DNA of 64,000 bases, counting the filler, from an uncultured bacterium (lineage in GTDB: Bacteria > DAOPZR01), in the NCBI GenBank assembly GCA_964637655.1. It is 21 parts of 21 records of this genome, joined end to end, with 100 filler letters (N's around TTAATTAATTAA, not from the genome) between each part and the next. Parts side by side here need not be neighbours in the genome. Positions count along the whole stretch, not along the records: positions 28,813 to 31,828 come from CAZWUZ010000373.1; positions 31,929 to 34,917 come from CAZWUZ010000374.1; positions 35,018 to 37,979 come from CAZWUZ010000375.1; positions 38,080 to 41,040 come from CAZWUZ010000376.1; 17 more parts are not named here. One strand, given 5' to 3'. Within the stretch, counting starts at the first letter, position 1. Each line of letters opens with the position of its first letter. Position numbers and translations under genes: made by a program. This document shows positions 30,054 to 39,514 of the stretch, in pieces. The notes beneath the pieces were generated by a model, which saw nothing but the letters and a program-made list of their open reading frames with translations, made no database searches and had not been told where the DNA came from.

Positions 30054-30227
30054 ATGGCGGAACACCTGCGCGACCCGGCGCTGACGCCGGCGACGCGCGT
30101 GCGCCTCTACGCGCTGGCGCTGCAGGCGCAGCGGCGGGCGGAGCCGCTGCCGGCGCGGCGTGCACCGGCGGCCTGGGCGGCGCGGGTGCGCGCGCAGCGC
30201 ACGGACACGGAGCGGGAGAGCGCCTGA
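30054..30227 (+). CDS. Small hypothetical protein
   Basis: Fills the operon gap exactly. Stop overlaps the next ATG. Confidence 0.45.
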   Translation: MAEHLRDPALTPATRVRLYALALQAQRRAEPLPARRAPAAWAARVRAQRTDTERESA

Positions 30228-31453
30228 TGCGCCTGCTGCTGGCCGTACTCACCTGCCTGTGGAGCAGCGCGCTGTGCGCGATGCCGCTGGCAACGGCGGA
30301 GTCGCATCGCGTCACGGCGGGTGAGACCGTCGCCATCGTGCTGCCGCTCGACAGCGGACTGAAGGCGTGGACGCTGGTGCGCAGCGATCCCGCCGTCGTC
30401 GAGGTGCGGGCGCAGGAGGTGACGGGGCAGACCTTCCGTCTGACGGTGGCGGGCGTGGCGTCCGGCGAGGCGCAGCTGGTGCTGCGGCTGGCGTTTACCG
30501 TCCCCCCGGAGAGCGTGCTTGAGGAGCGGACAGTGCGCATCCGCGTCACGGGCGGCGTCCCGGCGGTGCGCGCCATGCCTGACACGACGGAGGTTCCCGC
30601 GGACGATGCTTCGGACACCGCCCTCGCGCGGCTGCGGCAACTGCTGCGTGAACGCTACGGCATGAGCGGCAGCGCAACAGAGACGGCGGCGGCGGGTGCC
30701 GCCCCGGCTGCTGTCGTCGCCGCACCGGTGGCGACGGTGGAGACGGCACCGGCCGCGGCCCGGCCGCAACCGCCGCGCGCGGTGCGGCGCCCCCGCTACG
30801 TCACCGCGGCACACGCGGCCGGCGGCGAGCCGCGACGCGCGCGGCTGACCACGGTCGACGGGTGGCTGCGCATCGCCGAGGAACTCTTCCGGGCCCGGTT
30901 CTACGACTGCGCGCAGGCGGAGTACGAGCGGGCGCTGGCATTCGACCTGCCGGCGGAACCGGCGGCGCGCGCCCGCAGCGGGCTGGCGGAATGCCGCTAC
31001 CGGCTCGGCAACCGCGCCGATGCCATCACCCGCTACCGCGAGGTGGTGGAGCAGTATGCCGGCACGGTCTGGCAGCCGCGGGCGCGGCTGCGACTCGGGC
31101 AGCTGCAGATGGAGGAGGAGAACTACCCGGAAGCGATCAAAGAATTCCTCTACCTGCGCGCGGAGGCGCCGGGAAGCATGCTCGCGCGCGACGGCAGTTT
31201 TCATCTCGCGCAGTCGTATGCGCAACTGCTGCGGCATGACGAGGCGCTGGCGGAGTACGAGCGGGCGGCGACCGTCGAGACGCGGGCGGACCAGCGCGCG
31301 CGCATCTGGTACGAACTGGCGCGGCTCTACGATTATGTGCCGGTGCTGCGCGATTACTACCGCGCGCTCGAGTACTACCGCCGCGTGACGACCGGCGAAT
31401 ACGCGACCGCGGCCACCGCGCGCGCGCACGTTATCCGGGAGGAGTACCTGTGA
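30227..31453 (+). CDS. Secreted TPR protein with N-terminal Ig-like domain
   Basis: Signal peptide, beta-rich N-domain, Ala-rich linker, about 5 TPR-like units. Confidence 0.8.
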   Translation: MRLLLAVLTCLWSSALCAMPLATAESHRVTAGETVAIVLPLDSGLKAWTLVRSDPAVVEVRAQEVTGQTFRLTVAGVASGEAQLVLRLAFTVPPESVLEERTVRIRVTGGVPAVRAMPDTTEVPADDASDTALARLRQLLRERYGMSGSATETAAAGAAPAAVVAAPVATVETAPAAARPQPPRAVRRPRYVTAAHAAGGEPRRARLTTVDGWLRIAEELFRARFYDCAQAEYERALAFDLPAEPAARARSGLAECRYRLGNRADAITRYREVVEQYAGTVWQPRARLRLGQLQMEEENYPEAIKEFLYLRAEAPGSMLARDGSFHLAQSYAQLLRHDEALAEYERAATVETRADQRARIWYELARLYDYVPVLRDYYRALEYYRRVTTGEYATAATARAHVIREEYL

Positions 31454-31614
31454 AAATCTTCCGCCAGACCCCGCCGTGGCTGCTCGGCCTGCTCTTCTGC
31501 ATCGCCGGCGTCTTCCTCATCAAGTTCGCCGCCATCACCGAGTACGCGACCCTCAGCGGGCTGCTGATGTTTGCCGGCATCGCCTGCGGTCTGCTGCTCC
31601 TGACGAAATTCTGA
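31450..31614 (+). CDS. Small two-TM membrane protein
   Basis: GTG start overlaps the upstream stop. 54 hydrophobic aa. Confidence 0.6.
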   Translation: MKIFRQTPPWLLGLLFCIAGVFLIKFAAITEYATLSGLLMFAGIACGLLLLTKF

Positions 31615-31629
31615 ACGGGACGGAGCGGC

Positions 31630-31828
31630 TTACGGGCGCCAGGCGGCGTAGCCGCCGCTGACGTTGTAGACGGTGGCAAAACCGGAGCGCAGCATGAGGC
31701 GGGCGGCTGACGCGCTGCGCATGCCCGAGTGACAGTAGACGACGTAGGTGGTGTCCCGCGGCAGTTGCGCGATGGCGGCGGCGGCGGGGCGGACGCGCTT
31801 GACGGCCTTGGTGACTTTGCCCGCCTTG
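31630..31828 (-). CDS. Rhodanese-like domain, C-terminal fragment (not in the ORF track)
   Basis: QLPRDTTYVVYCHSGMRSASAARLM...VYNVSGGYAAW. Confidence 0.8.
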
Positions 31829-31929
31829 NNNNNNNNNNNNNNNNNNNNNNNNNNNNNNNNNNNNNNNNNNNNTTAATTAATTAANNNNNNNNNNNNNNNN
31901 NNNNNNNNNNNNNNNNNNNNNNNNNNNNT

Positions 31930-32373
31930 TCGACCATCCAGATCAACCGGAGTAATGAGTACCTGTACCGGCGGTATGCCGGGAGCACCTATCAGCCCCT
32001 GCAGCGAGACTTTGCTGAGAATGCGGTGAAGATAGAAATCACGGTGCGCGGTGATTCCCGCAAGGTGGAGCAGATAGCGCAGGCGACCGCCCGGCTGCTG
32101 GCGGACAGCATTACCGTGCTCATCATGCCGCCGGCGGTTGCGGTATCCGGCGGACAGCATCCGCCATTGCCGGAGCGTATCGGACGCGAGTACGAGGAAT
32201 TGCGCGAGGCCTACCGGTATTTCTTCGTGACCAACCCACCGCATATCGAGGTGAAGACCACTCCGGAGATGCTGCTGTACCCCCGGGGTACGGTATTGCC
32301 CGGTGCCGCCGTCGGCCTGATAGTTGGCATGCTGCTGGTCATACTCAGCGGCAGCCATCGCCGGCAGGAATGA
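31930..32373 (+). CDS. Hypothetical protein with C-terminal TM (5' truncated)
   Basis: Frame is open from the contig start. C-terminal hydrophobic helix. Confidence 0.6.
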   Translation, partial: STIQINRSNEYLYRRYAGSTYQPLQRDFAENAVKIEITVRGDSRKVEQIAQATARLLADSITVLIMPPAVAVSGGQHPPLPERIGREYEELREAYRYFFVTNPPHIEVKTTPEMLLYPRGTVLPGAAVGLIVGMLLVILSGSHRRQE

Positions 32374-32464
32374 GAAACACCAGTGATGGAAATCGGCTGG
32401 TACATAATGGTTCGGTCACTGAATGAAGCCCGTGATGTATGGATGGCTGAATACTGGATGAACT

Positions 32465-32827
32465 ATGTCAACCGCTGAGAATGGGTTCGCAGGTCGACTC
32501 TATCGCTGGCTGGGCCACAAGTATGTCGCGGTTATCATTGCGGGGAACGGTGTCATTCTTGGCCTCGATCTCTTATGGCACTTTCTCATCCGCGTGCGGA
32601 CGCATACAGCGTTTTGTATCGTGTCGTTTCTTGCCGGGCTGGGACTGCTTGCCGGCATGACGCTGACGGCGATCAACAGGGAAGTAGCGGACAAAGACCG
32701 GTGGGACGACCTGGCACTGTGGGCTATCACCGTTGTCGCATGCGGCATGATCGTGATCAGCATAGCAATTGTGGCGAGCCAGATGGCGGCCAGCCTGGGC
32801 CACAGGGCGTTCGGCTTTATGGGATAA
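32465..32827 (+). CDS. Hypothetical 3-TM membrane protein
   Basis: Three hydrophobic segments. Confidence 0.6.
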   Translation: MSTAENGFAGRLYRWLGHKYVAVIIAGNGVILGLDLLWHFLIRVRTHTAFCIVSFLAGLGLLAGMTLTAINREVADKDRWDDLALWAITVVACGMIVISIAIVASQMAASLGHRAFGFMG

Positions 32828-32834
32828 TGAGAAG

Positions 32835-33497
32835 ATGATGACGAACGCGTTTGCGGCCTACACGCTCAATACGCTGCTGGCAGAGGTGGCCCACAGCATG
32901 CACACCAAGGCTGCGGTTGAGCGCGGACTGGTGCCGGCAGCGGACCCGTACGCGGTAAACACGGCAGACGGCAAGCCGATATTCAAACGGTTCATGCAGG
33001 AGAAGGAACACCGTTTGCAAGTGTTGCGCAGTTTCCTGACTGTGCTGGGTATCGACATGGACTGGCAGGTAGCGTCGCTGGACGCCATCAATATCTGGCT
33101 GATCCGCTGGCTGAAACCACAGGTGGCGGCCGGCATGATCGCGGCCACTCCGCAGGTGCGTTCCGTATGCGACGATATCGCCATCTACCTTGGCGAAATG
33201 GTCATCAAGGCAGACCCGACAATTGCCTGGAAACGGATCACGGCCAGGCGGGCGGTGTACTACAATCGCCCGGCGCTGGTCAACAAAAACTACGAGGCAG
33301 ATCCCGGCCTGTTTATGGCGGTACTCGTGTGCCGCGGCATGCGGGAATGGAAACCGGCTGAGACACTGCCGGCGGTCAGAACGGCCGCGCAGGAGATGGG
33401 GGACCGGCTCTGCCCGATCATCCCGGTACAGGAAAACGAATTGTCAGCGTATTATCGCAACTGTCTGCTGCATTTCAGCAATGAGGGCAACAGATGA
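32835..33497 (+). CDS. Hypothetical protein
   Basis: 220-aa ORF with ASLDAINIW...AIYLGEMVI. Stop overlaps the next start. Confidence 0.65.
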   Translation: MMTNAFAAYTLNTLLAEVAHSMHTKAAVERGLVPAADPYAVNTADGKPIFKRFMQEKEHRLQVLRSFLTVLGIDMDWQVASLDAINIWLIRWLKPQVAAGMIAATPQVRSVCDDIAIYLGEMVIKADPTIAWKRITARRAVYYNRPALVNKNYEADPGLFMAVLVCRGMREWKPAETLPAVRTAAQEMGDRLCPIIPVQENELSAYYRNCLLHFSNEGNR

Positions 33498-34153
33498 CTG
33501 GCGAATCCGCACGCAAAACGACAGGTGAACATGCAAGGATGGCGTTGTTGCTGTCAGTAGCGAATTTCGGGTTGTTTCTCGGGCTGCAGTGGTATACGGT
33601 GTCACCCTTTGGCTATTTTGGTGTTGCGGTGCTTTTCTTCGGGGTTTTCGCCATGTTCCCGCTGATGGTGGCACTGCCGGTAGCGCCGGTGGCGCTGATG
33701 CTGCTACCGTTCCGCACAGTGCGTCGCACGGCATTGATCGCTGCGGTCTATGCGCTGACCTGCATTGCGGTCGGGATACCGTCCATAAAATTTCACTGGC
33801 CGATACGCCGGGCGGCATTCGTGCAACTGGCGGAGCGGAGCCAGCCGCTGGTTGCCGCCATCCACCGCTTCGAGTCGGAGCGCGGCAGGCCGCCGCAGGC
33901 ATTGGACGAACTGGTCCCGCAGTATCTCGAGATGATTCCCGGCACGGGGATGCCTGCCTATCCCGACTACGAGTATGCTGTCGATACGGCGGCGCAGCCG
34001 TCCGACCCCGAACGCTGGATACTGCAGGTCGCAACGCCATCCAGGGGGATCAACTTTGATTGTTTCATCTACCTGCCGTCACAGCAGTACCCGGAAAACG
34101 GCTACGGTGGCTGGCTGGAACGCATTGGGGAATGGGCGTATGTCCATGAGTGA
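33494..34153 (+). CDS. Hypothetical membrane protein
   Basis: 3 TM then a pilin-like GRPPQALDELVPQYL segment. Confidence 0.7.
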   Translation: MTGESARKTTGEHARMALLLSVANFGLFLGLQWYTVSPFGYFGVAVLFFGVFAMFPLMVALPVAPVALMLLPFRTVRRTALIAAVYALTCIAVGIPSIKFHWPIRRAAFVQLAERSQPLVAAIHRFESERGRPPQALDELVPQYLEMIPGTGMPAYPDYEYAVDTAAQPSDPERWILQVATPSRGINFDCFIYLPSQQYPENGYGGWLERIGEWAYVHE

Positions 34154-34681
34154 GCGCATGGCCGGCAACCTGAGTAGTACGACACCGCCGGCAGAGAAGA
34201 GCGGGCGGGGGATGCTCTGGCGGGTGCTGGGGGTGTTGTTCGGGTGCGTGTGCCTGACAATCGGCATCCGCGACTTCAGGCGCGCGCATGACAGCACGTC
34301 ATGGCCGACAGTACCGGGGACAATACAGCGGGCCGAAGTCGAACAGCATGTCGACTTCGACGGACCATCCTACAGCGCGGACATTGCCTACGCCTACACT
34401 GTGCCGGTCGGGAGCACACCGGCTACCTTGTTGCGTACGGTGATTACGGATTCATCCTGCCGGGGCATGCCCGCAAAATCGTGGCACGGTATCCGGCCGG
34501 CATGCGGGTGACAGTGCATTATCAGCCCGATGCGCCCGATCTCGCGGTGCTGGAACCGGGTATCACCTGGAGTACGTACCTGCTGCCGCTCTCCGGGCTA
34601 CTGATGCTGCTATTCGGCTTTCGCCGCCGACGCGGGCTGCTCGCGTCAGTGCTTGATTCCGATACTGAGGAAGAAGCATGA
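34146..34681 (+). pseudogene. DUF3592-domain protein, frameshifted near 34402
   Basis: SWPTVPGTI...YAYTV in one frame continues as AGREHTG...YPAGMRVTVHYQPDAPDLAVL in another. Confidence 0.75.
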
Positions 34682-34774
34682 ACCACACGGCTATGCCGGT
34701 GTTTCATACCGTTGTCGCCTGCGCGGCCCGGTAGTTTGCGACACCTGCAATACGGACATCATGTCGAGTAATAC

Positions 34775-34803
34775 TTGACATACATTGCTTGGCATGGTAT
34801 ATA
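34775..34803 (+). promoter_or_regulatory. Possible sigma70-type promoter
   Basis: TTGACA-17bp-TATATA with extended -10 TGn. Confidence 0.5.
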
Positions 34804-35017
34804 TGACGTAAAGGATAGCAATTGCTGCCGGCCGGAGGAGAGGCAGTTGCGGGAAAGGCGGTCCTGTTATTACATGTTCCGTAATAACACTTCCCCTGTT
34901 ATTACGCGTAGAGCGTANNNNNNNNNNNNNNNNNNNNNNNNNNNNNNNNNNNNNNNNNNNNTTAATTAATTAANNNNNNNNNNNNNNNNNNNNNNNNNNN
35001 NNNNNNNNNNNNNNNNN

Positions 35018-35079
<62 letters not shown>

Positions 35080-35190
35080 AAAGTTTGAAGGTGGTTGCCC
35101 ACCTTGGCTTTGATTGAAATTGCTGACTTGTTTTGAGTGCACGAGGCACTCAGGAATTGTTCAGGTTTCGTCGTCGTAACACGCTATTTT

Positions 35191-35204
35191 TTTGTCTAAG
35201 AACT
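35191..35204 (-). promoter_or_regulatory. boxA-like antitermination element in the rrn leader
   Basis: AGTTCTTAGACAA between the promoter and the 16S gene. Confidence 0.5.
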
Positions 35205-35346
35205 ATTGCAAGTATCAGCGCACACACAAAGCGAGCCGAGCAGTAATGCCCCAACCATTTTGTCGGTTGCCGTTAGTTCATTCCTGCGAGAGGCGATAAC
35301 TAAGCGAATCTCGTTTGCCTGAAGAACGCTCCCTTGCAACGCCCCC

Positions 35347-35375
35347 ATTGTATCACGAGGCGCGATTCCTGTCAA
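35347..35375 (-). promoter_or_regulatory. rRNA operon promoter
   Basis: TTGACA-17bp-TACAAT with TGn, an A-rich upstream tract and a GC-rich discriminator. Confidence 0.85.
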
Positions 35376-35441
35376 GCCTTTTTTCATAATTTCTTCACAA
35401 TTTGCATTACTATCTGAAAAACCGTGCCTTGACAGAACAGG

Positions 35442-36152
35442 TCAACGCGAAATCGTATCCGCAATTTTCCTGATAAATAGTACCCAAAAGTCCCACAGCG
35501 TGGAGTAGAGGTGTAGGGAGTAATCGATACAAACACCAATCCAATCAGATAGTAATGACATCTCAGGCAGGGCAAAATGCAGCAGCAGCACGATCAATAC
35601 CAGGTTCAGCAGTGGAATCAGCGCCAGCGACACGACCAGTCCCGCCTCCCGGATATCTGGCTGGTCGCGCCTGAGCGCGTCCCCCGTCGTGAAATAGTGA
35701 AACTGCAGCGTAAAACCGATAAGAAACAGGAACCAGTGATAGTAGGGCTGCACCGGGACAAACAACCCGAGCAGAATGAAGCTGACACCGACGAGAATCG
35801 TGTACAGCGGAAAGAAATACGGGGCGAGGATCACCCAGATATTGATCACGGTGACCCGCACCGAGCCGCCCGTGCGCGTGATGCGCAGGTTGCTCGCCTT
35901 GCCGCCGAACAGCGTGCTCCAGAGCGCATGCGTCAGTTCATGCCCCAGTACATATAAGACGACGGGACGCGGCACGATCAGCGCCAGCAGCGCGTACGCC
36001 CCCATGCCGCCAAGCAGCCACCACCCGCCGCTGCTCACCCCGGGGAGCCGCCACAGCGACGTGAAAAAAGCCAATACCGCCGCCACCGTCAGCGGCAGCA
36101 GCGCCGCGCCGACAGCAAACCGGATAATCCGGGTCGGCACGCTATTGTTCAC
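35442..36152 (-). CDS. Membrane zinc metalloprotease-like protein (M50-like)
   Basis: HELTH (HExxH) next to TMs. LAPYFFP. Confidence 0.75.
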   Translation of the reverse strand: MNNSVPTRIIRFAVGAALLPLTVAAVLAFFTSLWRLPGVSSGGWWLLGGMGAYALLALIVPRPVVLYVLGHELTHALWSTLFGGKASNLRITRTGGSVRVTVINIWVILAPYFFPLYTILVGVSFILLGLFVPVQPYYHWFLFLIGFTLQFHYFTTGDALRRDQPDIREAGLVVSLALIPLLNLVLIVLLLHFALPEMSLLSDWIGVCIDYSLHLYSTLWDFWVLFIRKIADTISR

Positions 36153-36561
36153 CCGGCACCTTTACCACTGGCGGCTCATAGAACAGCACCGTGCCTGTTG
36201 CCGCACCGACAACAAAACCGGTGCTGTTGGCGAGCAGCAGCATGACACCCATGAACACATACGTTTCCGGATCGATGTAGCCAACGTGTTCCGCATAGTG
36301 GTAGTCATACAACAAGTCAAGTGGAATCACGAGCAGCAGACAGGCAAAATAGGACACCCCAAATGATATGCTGCGTCTATGTCGTGCCACAAAACCGACG
36401 CAACCGCTCACCCCGGCCAACACCATAATAAGCAGCAGTGACTTCAGCCAGCCGTACGGCACTCCGTAAGAGATCAGTGAACACCCGAACCAGACGCAGG
36501 CCAGCAGCGCACCGGCAATCGCCTGCCGCCACTTCCAGTCCCTCCCGTCGCGTCCGGTCAC
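36142..36561 (-). CDS. Hypothetical 4-TM membrane protein
   Basis: Hydrophobic ORF filling the gap between co-oriented genes. Confidence 0.6.
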   Translation of the reverse strand: MTGRDGRDWKWRQAIAGALLACVWFGCSLISYGVPYGWLKSLLLIMVLAGVSGCVGFVARHRRSISFGVSYFACLLLVIPLDLLYDYHYAEHVGYIDPETYVFMGVMLLLANSTGFVVGAATGTVLFYEPPVVKVPGEQ

Positions 36562-37737
36562 TTACCGTCTGCCCCGGCCAGGCCGCGGGAAGAGCGCCTG
36601 CCATCCGTCCGTCACCAGTACCGTTAGCGGGCGCACAGTCACTTTTTCCGACAGTGCATAGGTCACGTTGCCCGGGTACAGCACCACCAGTTGTTCAAGT
36701 TCAAGATCGCTGCAGGCGATCTTCATCGACGGGGTCAGCGCCGGCGCATCCGCCCGCTTCACTTCCACCCCGAGGCGCCGCCCGTCCTTGAGCAGCAGCA
36801 GATCGAGTTCCGCGCCCTGATGCGTCGCCCAGAAATACGCCTCCTCGGGCTGCACCGCGGCAATAACTTCCTCGATAACCATGCCTTCCCACGAAGCACC
36901 ACAACGGGGGTGCGCCAGCAGTTCGCTGCCCGTACCAATGCCCAGCAGTTCATGCAGCAGCCCGGTGTCACGCACATATACTTTCGGCAAACGCACCTGC
37001 CGCTTTTTCAGATTGGCATGCCACGGCGGCAACTGGCGCACCATGAATAATCCCGTCAGCAGATCAAGATAACGCCGCACCGTCGTCTGGGCCACCCCGA
37101 GCGAGCGGGCAGGATCCGCTCCGTTCCAGATAGTGCCATGCGCATGCGCCACCATATGCCAGAACCGGTGCAGGGCAGGTGACGGCAACTCCACTCCCAG
37201 TTGCGGCAGATCCCGCTCGATTACCGACCGGATAAAATGTCTTCGCCAGGTGCGGCTGTCCGCCCGTGAGCGGGCAAGGAAAGAACGCGGAAATCCCCCC
37301 CGCAACCAACGCAGCGCGGCTTTAGCCGCACCCGTTTCCGACAGGGCAAAGCCGCCCAACTCATGGTACTCTATACGTCCGGCCAGCGATTCCGACGACT
37401 GCCGCAGTAATTCGGGCGACGCGCTTCCCAGCACCAGAAACCGGGCCGGCAGCGGATGCCGGTCAGCCAGCACCCGCAGCACCGGAAACAGTTCCGGCCG
37501 GCGCTGTATTTCGTCAATGACCACGAGCCCGCGCAGAGGCGCCAGCACCGTCTTCGGCTCCGCCAGACGTTGCAGGCAGAGCGGGTTTTCAAGATCGAGA
37601 TAGTTTTCCGCCACCGTCAGGGGCAGCTGCCGTGCCAGCGTGGTCTTGCCGCACTGCCGGGGACCCAGCAGCGCCACCACTTGCGTCCGCCGCAAGGCTT
37701 CACCCAGGTGCCGCAGTATCTCCGCCCGCTTCAACAT
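36562..37737 (-). CDS. AAA+ ATPase with DUF4143 (COG1373-type)
   Basis: GPRQCGKTT, IDEIQR, LGSAS, RGGFP, PKVYVRDTG, ELDLL...GVEVK. Confidence 0.9.
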   Translation of the reverse strand: MLKRAEILRHLGEALRRTQVVALLGPRQCGKTTLARQLPLTVAENYLDLENPLCLQRLAEPKTVLAPLRGLVVIDEIQRRPELFPVLRVLADRHPLPARFLVLGSASPELLRQSSESLAGRIEYHELGGFALSETGAAKAALRWLRGGFPRSFLARSRADSRTWRRHFIRSVIERDLPQLGVELPSPALHRFWHMVAHAHGTIWNGADPARSLGVAQTTVRRYLDLLTGLFMVRQLPPWHANLKKRQVRLPKVYVRDTGLLHELLGIGTGSELLAHPRCGASWEGMVIEEVIAAVQPEEAYFWATHQGAELDLLLLKDGRRLGVEVKRADAPALTPSMKIACSDLELEQLVVLYPGNVTYALSEKVTVRPLTVLVTDGWQALFPRPGRGRR

Positions 37738-37743
37738 GGTTTC

Positions 37744-37788
37744 ATTATACCATGAAATTATAGTTTGTCAATGGAGAATTTCATGGTA
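37744..37788 (-). promoter_or_regulatory. Promoter overlapped by a 12-bp inverted repeat; predicts a leaderless mRNA
   Basis: TTGACA (37771-37766), 16 bp, TATAAT (37749-37744), then 6 nt to ATG. Arms TACCATGAAATT / AATTTCATGGTA. Confidence 0.75.
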
Positions 37789-38079
37789 CTATTCTCCCTG
37801 TTTCCGTCGGAAACGCAGCTGCAGGCGCCACCAGAGTGTGCGCAGCCGGTCAGGGGTCCCGTCGGGGTGACGCACCATGACTGTACCAAACAGCGCCGGG
37901 GGCACGCGCTGCGGCACCAGTATCTCGCTCTGCGCGTTGCGCCGGCGGTCCCCGTCGTCATCGGCAAAGAGCAGGCCCANNNNNNNNNNNNNNNNNNNNN
38001 NNNNNNNNNNNNNNNNNNNNNNNTTAATTAATTAANNNNNNNNNNNNNNNNNNNNNNNNNNNNNNNNNNNNNNNNNNNN

Positions 38080-38270
38080 CGATAAAGATTGGTTTGTGAG
38101 CGAAGGTACTCATGTGCTTTGTTCAGGCAGGCGGGATCGTGCCCGCAATGGGTCACCACGTCGAAGGTGATGGGGGCAATGTGCAATGCATGGTGACGCG
38201 GCAACAGGGCAGTGACAGCAGCGGCAATGTCATTGTCAGCTGCCAGAACCAGAAGGTCCCTGGGCATCAA
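38080..38270 (-). CDS. MAD4-like protein, N-terminal fragment
   Basis: DLLVLAAD...LLPRHHALHIAPITFDVVTH.GHDPAC resembles the MAD4 N-terminus as I recall it. Coupled to the upstream ATPase. Confidence 0.65.
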
Positions 38271-39514
38271 CCCAGCACTCCACCTGCCAGCAGCGTGCCC
38301 AAGTCAACCTCACGTTTCCAGTCGCGCAGACGCGGATGCTCTTTGCCGGAAAGAATGTCTGTTGCACCTTTGCGGTCACGGGCAAAACAGAGCACATCGG
38401 CCGGGTCGGCCATGCCCAGTATCATCGGCGAATGGGTGGCAACCAGCACTTGGGCCTGATACATGGACGACAGCGACTGATAGACCGTGCTGATGGCGCG
38501 CGGATGGATGCCGTTTTCCGGTTCTTCGATCAGGAACACGCCGCTAAAATTCACCAGATATGCCGGGAGCGTTAGCGCCAGCAGTCGCAGGGTGCCGTCA
38601 GACGCCAGCCATGACGGGACTTCCAGTCCATTGGCATAGCAGAGCACGGCATACCGGTGCCGGTCGTCCTTACGTTCAACCGTCCGGATATTTTTCAGAT
38701 CCGGTAACGCGCTGCGCAGATGCTCAAGCCAGGCACGATACCGAGTCGGCGTTTTGCGCAACTGTTCTATCAGCCATGGCAGATTTGATCCGTCCGGTTT
38801 GAAACTCTGGCCGTTGGGCGGACTCGCCTTGCGGATGATTTGGCTGTTGAGCACAAAACGCTGCACGCCGCGGGTCAGAAACTGGCGGAACCAGGTGGCA
38901 ACCGGGAACTTTGTTTCATCGGCGGGCAGATTGCCCAGCGCGGAGCGTTTCGGCCCGAGTTTGAACGAAGGCACCCAGCCCTTGCCTGACTCCCGGTAGG
39001 TTTCGGAATAGAAATTGTCGTTGCCGGCCGGTGACTTATTGATCACCAGTTTTGTGCCCGGTTTCCTGGCGGTCAGCAAACTCTTCGGCTGCACCAGTTC
39101 GCGGGGAAATATCTCCGTGCGGGCCAGATGACGGGGCACATCCTTCTTCAGCAACAGTTTTTCGCCGCGGATTCCCACTTCGCCATCGGCATTAAGCCCA
39201 ATCTCGATTTCATAGCGGACGGTATCGTACTCCGGCTTGGCCAGCAGTTGGCGTTTCTCTTCGGGAATACGCGCTTCGAGGGCAACGGCAAAACTGTCAC
39301 CGCCACGGTTGAACAGCAGTTCCTGAAAGTGACTCGCCTTGTCGCGTAACACCGTATCGACTTCATTGGTCATCAGTTCGCCCAGCAGACCAATGGCATC
39401 AAGAAACGTGGTTTTGCCGCTGGCATTGGGGCCGACCAGGACATGCAACGGCCCTAGCGGTCGGCTTACCCACCGCAAACAGCGATAATTCAAGGCCTCG
39501 ACAAGTGTTATCAT
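38267..39514 (-). CDS. ABC-type (AAA_21) ATPase, MAD3-like
   Basis: MITLVEALNYRCLR, GPNASGKTT, LASDGTLRLL, IEEPENGIHP, ATHSP. Confidence 0.85.
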   Translation of the reverse strand: MITLVEALNYRCLRWVSRPLGPLHVLVGPNASGKTTFLDAIGLLGELMTNEVDTVLRDKASHFQELLFNRGGDSFAVALEARIPEEKRQLLAKPEYDTVRYEIEIGLNADGEVGIRGEKLLLKKDVPRHLARTEIFPRELVQPKSLLTARKPGTKLVINKSPAGNDNFYSETYRESGKGWVPSFKLGPKRSALGNLPADETKFPVATWFRQFLTRGVQRFVLNSQIIRKASPPNGQSFKPDGSNLPWLIEQLRKTPTRYRAWLEHLRSALPDLKNIRTVERKDDRHRYAVLCYANGLEVPSWLASDGTLRLLALTLPAYLVNFSGVFLIEEPENGIHPRAISTVYQSLSSMYQAQVLVATHSPMILGMADPADVLCFARDRKGATDILSGKEHPRLRDWKREVDLGTLLAGGVLG

